Below, piece by piece: positions 25,021 through 36,070 of a stretch of 64,000 bases of DNA. The stretch covers positions 34,658,001 to 34,722,000 of the forward strand of contig NC_043002.1 in assembly GCF_006345805.1 (NCBI RefSeq). The letters run 5' to 3'. Within the stretch, counting starts at the first letter, position 1. Every line of letters begins with the position of its first letter. The translations under genes and the position numbers were made by a program. The stretch comes from Octopus sinensis (lineage: Eukaryota). The notes under the pieces were generated by a model, which saw only the letters and a program-made list of their open reading frames with translations, did no database searches and was not told the DNA's origin.

Positions 25021-25461
25021 GCACTCACATATTAAAATTAAGCATGGATAAAACAGTTTAAACACTGGTACTTAATAGTACCGCATATGTGAAAGAGTGT
25101 TGCAATCGTAATTTAGTTAAGTTGCTTCAGTTTTCAAAAACAACCAACAACATCAACACCAATAACACAAACAATTCCTCATCTGACCTTTTTCTTTACA
25201 GTCTTCTTGAACCAAATCTAGCACATTTTTATGTAACCTCTTGCTTCTCTACTTCAAGTGGTACTAATAGTAGAGAAGAATCAAGATAGAATTAAAGAAA
25301 GAGAAGAAAGGAAAAACAGTAGGAACTGAAAGAACGAGAAGAACAGAGAAAACAGAAGGAAAAAATGAAAGAGAGAGAGAGAGAGAGCAGGAGAAAAAGT
25401 TGCATGTGTGTGCACATGTGTGCTTACATGTTTATACATATATACACACACACACATTATA

Positions 25462-25518
<57 letters not shown>

Positions 25519-25613
25519 CGGGAAGCTTTATGAAAATAGACAAAAGACGAAGGCAGGTGGGAAACAAACAACAATTGTATTAGTATGGCGCTCAGGAATA
25601 TAAATAAAACAAG

Positions 25614-25651
25614 TCTTTAACGTTTCGAGCCTACGCTCTTCAACAGAAAGA
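25614..25651 (-). ncRNA. Minimal type-I hammerhead-like motif in the Penelope pseudo-LTR (A6U core variant)
   Basis: Minus strand: TCTTT CTGTTGA a GAGC gtag GCTC GAAA CG T T AAAGA. Stems I and II pair and stem III is the ACGT palindrome. Confidence 0.6.
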
Positions 25652-26291
25652 TACACAGAGAGAAAAAAAACACAGAAAGAAGGAGAGAAAAAAAATGCGT
25701 GCAGTAGCTAACGAATCAACATGGCGATCTGATTTCGGCCAGAGGTCAAAGATCAAACATGAGACGCGAGAGCGAAATAAGGGGAGATAATAGGGTTGAT
25801 AATATGGTTGAAGGACCAGCTAATAGTGCGTAGGAGGGGTCTGGACGTGTGTATGTATAGGGTTGGTGAATGTATTAGTATGTATAAGGGTGTGTGTGTG
25901 TGTGTGTGTGTGTGTATGTATGAGAGAGTATAAGTGCGTATGAGGGGTCTGGACGTGTGTATGTATAGGGTTGGTGTATGTATTAGTATGTATTAGTATG
26001 TATTAGTATGGCACATCATATATGATGTGATGTGTGAAGTCGTGTGGTGTAGTGAGGAGAAGAAGGGGAGGGGGAGAGAGGGAAGAGGAGATGAGGGGGG
26101 AGAGAGAGGAGGGGGAGAAGAAGGGGAGGAGGGGGAGGAAGGAGGAAAGAGGGAGAGGGGGAGTGAGGGAGCAGAGGGAAGGAGGGAGGGAGAAAGAGGG
26201 AAGAAGGGAAGGGGAGTAGGGGTGAAAGGATGAAGGACTGAAGAAGTAGGGGTCGGGGGGAAAGGATAGGTGAGGAGGGGGGAGAGGGGGT

Positions 26292-27720
26292 TTAGATGAG
26301 GAGGGGGGGAGAGTTGAGACCAAATGGCGTATAAGAGCGAAGAGAGAAGATTAATTCCTGTTCACGGCGCAAACGGGAATCCGGATGGCCTCTGTGTAAG
26401 GACAAACCGAACACAGATAGGTGTTGCAAGGAGTGACCGGTGGAGCGGAAATGGCGTGAGACCGGTGTGTCGTTCGCAAGGTGGATGTCACGAAGGTGTT
26501 CCGCGAACCGGTTAGCCAAGCGCCGTCCCGTTTGTCCGATGTACAAGGAATTGCAGAGAGAGCAAGAGATGCAATAGATAATATTGCTGGAGGTGCAGGT
26601 GAAGGAGTGGATGATGGGATAGGGTCGATGGTGGGTGCTAGTGAGGCGGGTGGTGTTGGAGAGGTAAGGGCAAGTGCGGCAACGTGGGCGAGAGCAGGGG
26701 AACGAGCCGGGTTGGGAGGTAGGGTCAGGGAAGGAGCTATGGACCAAAAGGTCTCGAAGGTTGTGGGCTCGTTTGAAAGAGGGGAGGGGTCGGTTAGGGA
26801 AGAGGTGTGAAGTGGACGGGTCGGACTGGAGATGACGGAAAGCTCGAAGAATGGTGCGTTGGAGACGTAGGGTCGTGGGGTGGTAAGTGAGGGGAAAAGG
26901 GAGGCGGGAGACTACAGGGCGGGTTCGGGGAGAGAGAGCAGATACACGGTCCACGGACCGTGCTCTGGCAAGGGCGGTGTGGATAGTGGTGAGGGGGTAT
27001 CCACGTAGGGTGAAGTGGTGAGCCATACGTTGAGACTGAGTCTCAAAGTCATGGTTGTCACTACAGAGCCTACGTAGACGGAGGAATTGGGAATAGGGGA
27101 TGGAAAGCTTGGTGTGTTCTGGGTGGGAGGAAGAGAAGTTGAGGTATGAGTGTGAGTCTGTGTCTTTGTAGTGAATGGAGGTGGTAGAGTGGAGTGAAGA
27201 ATGCTAACCGAAATGCGAGGAGGAGGAGACAGAGGTGTTGGAGATAGTGGAAGTGAAGTGGAGGGCTGGATGGAAAGATTGACGAAAGAGAGGAAGGAAT
27301 CTAGATGTTCGGGAGAGTGAGGTGGCACCGATAATGTCGTCGATGTAACGACCATATAGTTCGGGAGTGGGACCAGTGAAATTAGAGAATATTTGGGCCT
27401 CACATAGGCAACGAACAGGTTCGCATAGTTGGGGCCCATTCGCGTTCCATGGCCACTCCCGAGACCTGATGGTAGAACTCGCCCGCGAACGAGAAGCAGT
27501 TCAGAGTAAGGACAAGTTCGGCCAGACGAATGAGTGTGGAGGTGTCAGGTACAGGGTCAGAGCGGAGGTCAAGAAAGTGTCGAAGGGCCTGCAGTCTTCG
27601 TGGTGAGGGATAACAGTATAGAGGCTTTGGATGTCCATAGTAAAAAGGATTTTGGAGGAGCCGGGAGGAAAGGAGAAAGAGTTGAAAAGCTGGAGAGCAT
27701 GGTTGGTATCGTGGATATAA
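26292..27720 (-). pseudogene. Penelope-like reverse transcriptase + GIY-YIG endonuclease ORF (frameshifted, N-terminus missing)
   Basis: ILFTMDIQSLYTVIPHH, LIRLAELVLTLNCFSFAGEFYHQVSGVAM, MGPNYANLFVAYV, YGRYIDDIIG (YIDD at 27336-27347), then the open 244-aa segment 26292-27026 with SSNIIYCISCSLCNSLYIGQTGRRLANRFAEH. Confidence 0.93.
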
Positions 27721-27774
27721 GAGAGAGAGAGAGAGCCATGTCTGTACGTATGCATATATAAAATATATACAGAC

Positions 27775-27832
<58 letters not shown>

Positions 27833-27840
27833 TATATATA

Positions 27841-29922
27841 TGTTAATAAAATAGAACATATGCATATATATAAACATATATGTACGTACCTACCTCTACA
27901 TGTACATATACACCATATATGTGTACAGGACACCAAAAAGACGTCGAACACATAGAGAGGAAACACATAGACACAAACCAAGGAACAAGACAAGCAAAAA
28001 AAGAGAGATACAGGACAATAAGCACAACGAAAATCCCCTTCTTCAGTCGCTAAGGTTTCATCTACTAAACGTTTCGAAGGATAAAGCGAGACGTATACTT
28101 CGAAGAAAACTTCCTTCCCGCGAAAAGCAAATCAATTAAAATTCTGAGATCTTTTCGCAGAGGGTAAAAAAAAAAAGGCAAGACGGTAACGACAGTACAA
28201 ACATATAAACAGTAAAAATATATATATAAACAGTGGAAAAATAAAAATATAACAGTGAGAGACAGGACAAGGAGAACAAGATAAGAAGGGCTGTTAACGC
28301 CAAACGAAAAAAAAGTATTGCAAACGCTGGATTATCGTGGACGACGAGAGAGAGAAAATGTGTCGACCAGTAGCCTTACAAGGCGGGCGAGAAAAGACAG
28401 GATAGCAGTTACGACGGAAGTATCGTCGCAGATGGACGACGGGAATGGGGGAGGAGAGCAAGAGGAAGAGAGAGAAGAAGGGGAATGGTGCGAGGAGACC
28501 ATGAAGAATGGTGAAAGGGAGAGAGGAGAATGAAGAATGAGAGAGAGAGGAAGAGACAAGTTAAGTGAGGGAAAAAAAGACAAAAAGGGAATGGGAGAGA
28601 AAGAAAGAAAGATGCAGAGTCGCGTGAGAGTTAATATCAAGGCTAACTTGATAACAGAACATCTTACTTAATAGGGTTGCGTGCGTTTAGTCGTATAATA
28701 TGTTAATAAAATAGAACATATGCATATATATAAACATATATGTACGTACCTACCTCTACATGTACATATACACGCATATATGTGTACAGGACACCAAAAA
28801 GACGTCGAACACATAGAGAGACGAAACACATAGACACAAACCAAGGAACAAGACAAGCAAAAAAAAGAGAGATACAGGACAATAAGCACAACGAAAAATC
28901 CCCTTCTTCAGTCGCTAAGGTTTCATCTACTAAACGTTTCGAAGGATAAAAGCGAGACGTATACTTCGAAGAAAACTTCCTTCCCGCGAAAAGCAAATCA
29001 ATTAAAATTCTGAGATCTTTTCGCAGAGGGGTAAAAAAAAAAAGGCAAGACGGTAACGACAGTACAAACATATAAACAGTAAAAAATATATATATAAACA
29101 GTGGAAAAATAAAAATATAACAGTGAGAGACAGGACAAGGAGAACAAGATAAGAAGGGCTGTTAACGCCAAACGAAAAAAGTATTGCAAACGCTGGATTA
29201 TCGTGGACGACGAGAGAGAGAAATGTGTCGACCAGTAGCCTTAGAAGGCGGGCGAGAAAAGACAGGATAGCAGTTACGACGGAAGTATCGTCGCAGATGG
29301 ACGACGGGAATGGGGGAGGAGGAGCAAGAGGAGAGAGAGAAGAAGGGGAATGGTGCGAGGAGACCATGAAGAATGGTGAAAAGGAGAGAGAGAATGAAGA
29401 ATGAGAGAGAGAGGAAGAGACAAGTTAAGTGAGGGAAAAAAAGACGAAAAGGGAATGGGAGAGAAAGAAAGAAAGATGCAGAGTCGCGTGAGAGTTAATA
29501 TCAAGGCTAACTTGATAAACAGAACAATCTTACTTAATAGGGTGCGTGCGTTTAGTCGTATAATATGTTAATAAAATAGAACATATGCATATATATAAAC
29601 ATATATGTACGTACCTACCTCTACATGTACATATACACGCATATATGTGTACAGGACACCAAAAAGACGTCGAACACATAGAGAGACGAAACACATAGAC
29701 ACAAACCAAGGAACAAGACAAGCAAAAAAAGAGAGATACAGGACAATAAGCACAACGAAAAATCCCCTTCTTCAGTCGCTAAGGTTTCATCTACTCGAAG
29801 AAACGTTTCGAAGGATAAAAGCGAGACGTATACTTCGAAGAAACTTCCTTCCCCGAAAAGCAAATCAATTAAAATTCTGAGATCTTTTCGCAGAGGGTAA
29901 AAAAAAAAAGGCAAGACGGTAA
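27841..29922 (-). repeat. Head-to-tail array of an ~860-bp unit (2.4 copies)
   Basis: tgttaataaaatagaacatatgc starts at 27841, 28701 and 29566; the third copy stops at 29922. Copies differ mostly by 1-few-bp indels. Confidence 0.97.
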
Positions 29923-30063
29923 TATATAATAATAAGTTCAGCAACAATTTAGATTCAAATGAATATGGTACTTAATTTAGATGCACCAGAATTTTGTATG
30001 GGTGTTATCCATAAAATTTGCGGGGTGATTATAATCAAATAAGCAACAAGAATGACTCCGGTA

Positions 30064-30152
30064 ATTTGGTAACAATTGTTTCGCACTACATCATTTATTA
30101 AAAGTTGTAAGTATTACAGCTTTTTTAAGATGCTGAGTGCTCATCAGCCAAT
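30064..30152 (-). ncRNA. Second hammerhead copy in the left arm
   Basis: Minus strand: attgg CTGATGA GCAC...GTGC GAAA CAATTG TT A ccaaat; one extra base near the cleavage site. Confidence 0.65.
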
Positions 30153-30317
30153 ATATAGGTTTTCCATTAATACAAAAGCTTTCAAATCAAGTAGTAACCT
30201 TATAGAGAAGGTAGATATACAGATAAAGATGTAGATTTAAATTTTAAGAACATATGAGGTTGTGAAGTTCTGCCACTGACTGATTTGAAAGCTTTTGTAT
30301 TAATGGAAAACCTATAT

Positions 30318-30407
30318 ATTTGGCTGATGAGCACTCAGCATCTTAAATCTGCTGTAAATACTTACAACTTTAATAAAATGATGTAGTGCGAAACAATTGT
30401 ACCAAAT
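30318..30407 (+). ncRNA. Type-I hammerhead ribozyme motif with long stem-II insert
   Basis: ATTTGG CTGATGA GCAC [51 nt] GTGC GAAA C AATT G T A CCAAAT: canonical core, G10.1-C11.1 pair, palindromic ACAATTGT stem III, 6-bp stem I. GUA triplet with predicted cleavage after A30401. Confidence 0.8.
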
Positions 30408-30559
30408 TACCGGAGTCATTCTTGTTGCTTATTTTGAGTATATATATATGTTTTTATATATATATATATATATATATAGATATATATATATATATATATA
30501 TATATTACATACATACACACACACTCACGTGTGTGCGTGTATATATTTATATATGCATA

Positions 30560-30910
30560 CATAAAGGCATAGCAGTGTCCTATGACACTTGCTTCCCAAC
30601 TATATGGTTCCCAGTTCAGTTCCAGTGTGTAGTGTCTTGGACAATGAGCAAACCAAAGCCTTGTGTGTGTGTATTTAGTGGAAGAAAAATGAAACAAGCT
30701 TGTTGTGTGTGTGAATGTGTCTAACCACTACTTGACAACTACTGTTGGTGTGTATATGTCACTAAAACTTGGTGGTTCAGCGAAGGAGAAAAATAGTAAA
30801 AGTACAAGGCATTAAAAAATGATTCATGGGGTCGAGTTGTTCACCTACGACCCTCCAAGGCAGTGTCCCACCAGGGCCACACTCAAGTGACCAAAACAGA
30901 TAAAAGATAT
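30560..30910 (+). mobile_element. SINE family A (diverged full copy)
   Basis: Head cttgcttcccaactatatggttcccagttcagttcc, body ctaaccactacttgacaactactgttggtgtg, tail ccaaggcagtgtcccaccagggccacactcaagtgacc. Confidence 0.75.
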
Positions 30911-30914
30911 ATAA

Positions 30915-30946
30915 ACATATACACACACACACACACATATATATAC

Positions 30947-30990
<44 letters not shown>

Positions 30991-31737
30991 CATATATATA
31001 TACATACATATACATACATACATACATATATAGACATACATATATACATACATTTACATATATATACATACATATATACATACATTTACATATATATACA
31101 TACATATATACATATATATACATACATATATACACATATATACACATATATATACATACATATATACATATATATACATACATATGTATATATGTATGTA
31201 TATATATGTATATATGTATGTATATATATGTATATATGTATGTATATATATGTATATATCATCATCATCGGACGCTAAATGATGATGATGATGATATATA
31301 CATATAATACATACATATATACATATATTACATACATATATACATATATATATACATATATACATACATATACATACATATATACATATATATTATACAT
31401 ATATACATACAATATACCTACTATACATACATCATACTATACATACATACATACATATACATACTACATATAGATACATACATATATATATATATACATA
31501 CTATATACATACATATATACATATATACATACATATATACATATATACATACATATATTATATATACATACATATATATATATATACATACATTATATAT
31601 ATATACATACATATATATAATATACATACATATATATATATACATACATATATATATATATATTAACAATACATATTATATATACATCATATATACATAC
31701 ATATATACATATATATACATACATATATACATATATA

Positions 31738-31769
<32 letters not shown>

Positions 31770-32482
31770 CATACTATATATACATACATACATATATATA
31801 CATACTATATAATACATACATTATATACATACATATATATATATACATACATATATATATACATACATATATATATACATACATATATATATACATACAT
31901 ATATATATACATACATATATAATACATATATATATATATACATACATATATATATACATACATACATATATATATACATACATATATATATATACATACA
32001 TATATATATATATACATACATAATATATATACATACATATATTATCATACTATATATATATATACATACATATATATATACATACTATATATATACATAC
32101 ATATATATATATATACATACATATATATAACATAATACATACATATATATATATACATACATATATTATATATACATACATACATATACATACATACATA
32201 CATATACATACATACATACATATACATACATACATATATATAACATACATATTATATACATACATATATAATACATACATAATATATTACATACATATAT
32301 ATATACATACATACTATATATACATACATATATATATACATACATATATATATACATACATATATACATACATATATATATACATACATATATATACATT
32401 ACATATATATATACATACATTATATATACATACATATATATATACATACTATATAATATACATACATATATATATACATACA

Positions 32483-32558
<76 letters not shown>

Positions 32559-32564
32559 ATATAT

Positions 32565-32596
<32 letters not shown>

Positions 32597-32599
32597 CAA

Positions 32600-32651
<52 letters not shown>

Positions 32652-32656
32652 CAACA

Positions 32657-32696
<40 letters not shown>

Positions 32697-32700
32697 CATA

Positions 32701-32741
<41 letters not shown>

Positions 32742-33025
32742 ACATATATATACATACTAATCAATATACATATATATATATACATATATATTATACATAT
32801 ATATATATACTATATATATATACATATATATATACATATATATATATACATATATTATATACATATATATATATACATATATATATATACATATATATAT
32901 ATACATATTATATAATACATATATATATATACATATATATTATAACATATTATATTACATATATATATATACATATATATATATACATATATATATACTA
33001 TATATATATACATATATATATATAC
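30915..33025. repeat. ~2.1-kb compound (TA)/(TACA) microsatellite with an internal polarity inversion and an RTE 3' tip
   Basis: TACA-type to ~31183, TATG-type 31184-31258, then catcatcatcggacgctaaatgatgatg, then TACA-type again. Confidence 0.95.
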
Positions 33026-34955
33026 ATAGAGAATATTAAACAAACCTAAAGCCTTCTTTAAATTTGCGAAAGAAACCACCTCGGTACACTGCAAGATTGG
33101 CCCACTCTTTGATAAAAAGGGCTCTCTAACTGAGGACCCCAAGGGATAAGTGAAATACTAAAGGAACAGTATAAAAGTGTGTTCACATCCCCTCTGGGGC
33201 ACATGCAATCACAAACCCAGAAGTTTTTCTTGATGCCACAACACTCCAAAACCAAACAACAACATCGACCACATAGACATAACAGAGAGGGATGTAATAT
33301 CTGCCATAGAAGAAATGAGAATACTCAGCTGCTGGACCAGATGGATTCCCAGCAGTCCTCCTAAAAACAGCAGGATGCCCTAGCGGACCACTGAAGAAGC
33401 TCTTCATGGTTCCTTGGCTAACGGTAACTGCCCAGGGCGCTAAAAGAAGGCACCATATGCCCTATCCACAAAGGAGGGAGTAGAGCAGAGGCCAAAAACT
33501 ACAGGCCAGTCTCCCTGACGTCACACATAAGTAAGGTCATGGAACGAATCATCAAAAAAACTGATCACGTTCCTCGAAGAAAACTAACCGTCTCACTGAC
33601 ACACAGCATGGCTTTCGCCCAGGAAGAAGCTGCCTTACGCAGCTGTTACAACACACTACTCTGGGTACTGAAACAACTACTGGATCGCTCACAGGTAGAT
33701 GTGGTATATCTCGACTTTGCGAAGGCCTTTGACAAAGTCGACCACGGAGTGATATGTCACAATTACTCAGACTCGGCATAACAGGAAAAGTAGGTGAGTG
33801 GATACATGACTTCCTGAAGGACAGAAGCCAGATGGTTGCAGCCAATGGAGCCCTCTCGGAAAGACACCAATAGCAAGCGGGGTGCCACAGGGCACAGTCT
33901 TGGGACCCTTGCTGTTTTTGGTGGCGCTCTCTGACATGCCCTTGGTAGCACAAACAACATCCCTCACTAGCTATGCTGATGACACAAAGGTAGCACAGGC
34001 AATCAAAAACCCAGCTGATGCTGACCTTTTACAACAAGATCTGGATGCCATATACAAATGGGCTGAAGACAACAACATGCAATTTAATGCTGGTAAATTT
34101 CAAGCCTTACAATATCAAGCTGTAAACACATATACATTACAACACAACTATACTGGTCCAGGAGGGATCGAAATCCCAGTATCGAAATCAATACGGGACC
34201 TGGGGATAGACATGAGTGACGATGCATCTTTTTCTTCACACATCGCGAAGGTGGTGACAATGTGCAGACGACTCACTGGCTGGATCCTGAGGACATTCCG
34301 GACAAGAGACTGCGAGACCATGTTGACACTGGAGGACATTTGTCCTAAGCCGCCTGGACTACTGCTCCCAACTGTGGTCACCGCATAGTGTCAAACTAAC
34401 CACAGAGCTTGAGACAATCCAAAGACATTTCACCAAGAGGATTTCCACCATGAAAGAAAAAAACTATTGGAGAGGCTTAGGGAACTCAATTTGTACTCCT
34501 TGGAACGAAGACGAGAGAGATATGCAGTGATATACATATGGAAAATCCTGGAGGGACTAGCACCAAATTTTGGAATTGAGAGCTGTTCCAATCCCCGTAC
34601 AGGTCGTCACTGTGTGGTGCCAAAGGTCCCGTCTTCCACATCCAGGGTAAGGAGCAGATACTGTAATAGCCTGGGGTTCAGGGGCCCTCAGCTGTTCAAC
34701 AAACTGCCAAGAAAACTAAGAGATCTATGATGATGCGGATGTGGACATTTTCAAAAAAACATCTAGACAAGCTGCTTTCCGGATCCCAGATGACCCACTG
34801 CAAGGTACGAAGGTAACCTAAGGGCAGCAGCTACAAACTCTCTCTTAGATCAGTGGCCAGCCACGGCAAACTGGACTTAGAGAGGGTAGCAACAAGGGCG
34901 GTGCCCCAGCATGGCCTCAGCCGGATGGCTGAAACAAGTAAAAGAGTAAAAGAGT
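33026..34955 (+). mobile_element. Young 5'-truncated CR1/L2-superfamily LINE with RT domain (multiple 1-bp frameshifts)
   Basis: SAAGPDGFPAVLLK, PIHKGGSRAEAKNYRPVSLTSHISKVMERII, QHGFRPGRSCLTQLL, VVYLDFAKAFDKVDH, GVPQGTVLGPLLF, SYADDT (YADD 33972-33983), LRELNLYSLERRRERY; ends in a stem-loop and an (AAAAGAGT)n tail. Confidence 0.95.
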
Positions 34956-35117
34956 ATACATATATATACATACATATATATATACATACATACATACATA
35001 TATACATACATATATATATACATATATATATACATACATATATATATACATATATATATATACATACATATATATATACATACATATATATATACATACA
35101 TATATATATACATACAT

Positions 35118-35455
35118 AGGGCACTGTCTTGGGGCCACTGTTCATGGTGGCCCTTTCAGACATGCCCTCAGTTGCTAAAATGGCCACCCTTGCTAGCTAT
35201 GCAGATGACACTAAAGTCTCCTACACAATACAAAACCCTGGAAATATTGCACATCTGCAACAGGAGTTGGATACAATATACATGTGGGCTGAGGACAACA
35301 ACATGCAGTTTAATGCAGGGAAGTTCCAGGCCCTGCGCTACCGGCACACAAAGGTAAACGACCTGCATACTGGATACACTGGCCCGGGAAGAATTGTAAT
35401 TCCTGCGTCAAAATCAGTGTGTGACCTGGACATTGACATGAGCAATGATGCATCC
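35118..35455 (+). mobile_element. Second, related LINE RT fragment
   Basis: [33 protein letters not shown]...[17 protein letters not shown] is paralogous to, but clearly diverged from, 33890-34220. Confidence 0.9.
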
Positions 35456-35779
35456 TCCATCCCTATCATTTTTTGTCTATCACTCCTCTGCACACACTCT
35501 TGCAACCTTTACCCACCCACTTCCACTCATCATTTAGAGTGGTGCTGTATAACATACAAGAGAGGGGAAAAGAAAGTGACAATTTATATTAACAACTACA
35601 AATTTACTTATTTGTATTTTACATTAAAGGTAATTTCCACAAGAATTAATCAACTATCTTGACACTTTATTTTGTATGCTTTTTTGTTTTTATTTGTTTT
35701 TTGGGTTTGCTTGTTTTTTTTTGATGGTGAGGGAGGAGGGTTTTAAACTTCTCTGATTCTAATATGGTAATTACATTTA

Positions 35780-36070
35780 TGTGTTTGTTTTGCAAGATTC
35801 TTGATGTGAAATCGTGTATTAAAATATATTGCTATATATGGGGATGGTTATTTTTGCTACTAAGCTCATGCACTATTTATTCGATTTTCACTTTATTATT
35901 ATTATTATTACTATTATTATTATTAGTTTATTTGTCAGAGTTCTTTCCTCACTTCTTCAATGACGTCACAGAATGTATGACAAAAGAACTGACAAACTCA
36001 TGATAATAATAAAGCCAAAGCGAGGATCAAATAAATAGTGCATGTATTTATTGACAAAAAGGCCATCTCC
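35780..36070. mobile_element. Decayed inverted-repeat element related to 8815-9185 and 20270-20430
   Basis: ttgcaagattcttgatgtgaaatcgtgt head; catgcactatttatt pairs with aataaatagtgcatg; gtcacagaatgtatgacaaaagaact is an eroded version of the HHR-like core. Confidence 0.6.

Larger units (their letters stand above)
25517..27720 (-). mobile_element. Young 5'-truncated Penelope-like retroelement (RT, GIY-YIG, 3' pseudo-LTR)
   Basis: Carries the ORF described below. The downstream region 25517-26290 holds a C-rich tract, an internal ~108-bp direct repeat and an HHR-like motif; the element is flanked by (TA)n and (GA)n/(TG)n. Confidence 0.92.
30035..30437. mobile_element. Inverted-repeat element (arms 30035-30189 and 30280-30437), one hammerhead per arm
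   Basis: Arms are near-perfect reverse complements around a ~90-bp spacer. Confidence 0.9.

Noticed and set aside
27841-29922. Array as the 5' pseudo-LTRs of the adjacent Penelope ORF
   Set aside because: The unit shows no similarity to that element's own 3' region (25517-26290) and is separated from it by microsatellites.
30777-33142. Many overlapping minus-strand ORFs up to 183 aa
   Set aside because: All are compound-microsatellite translations.
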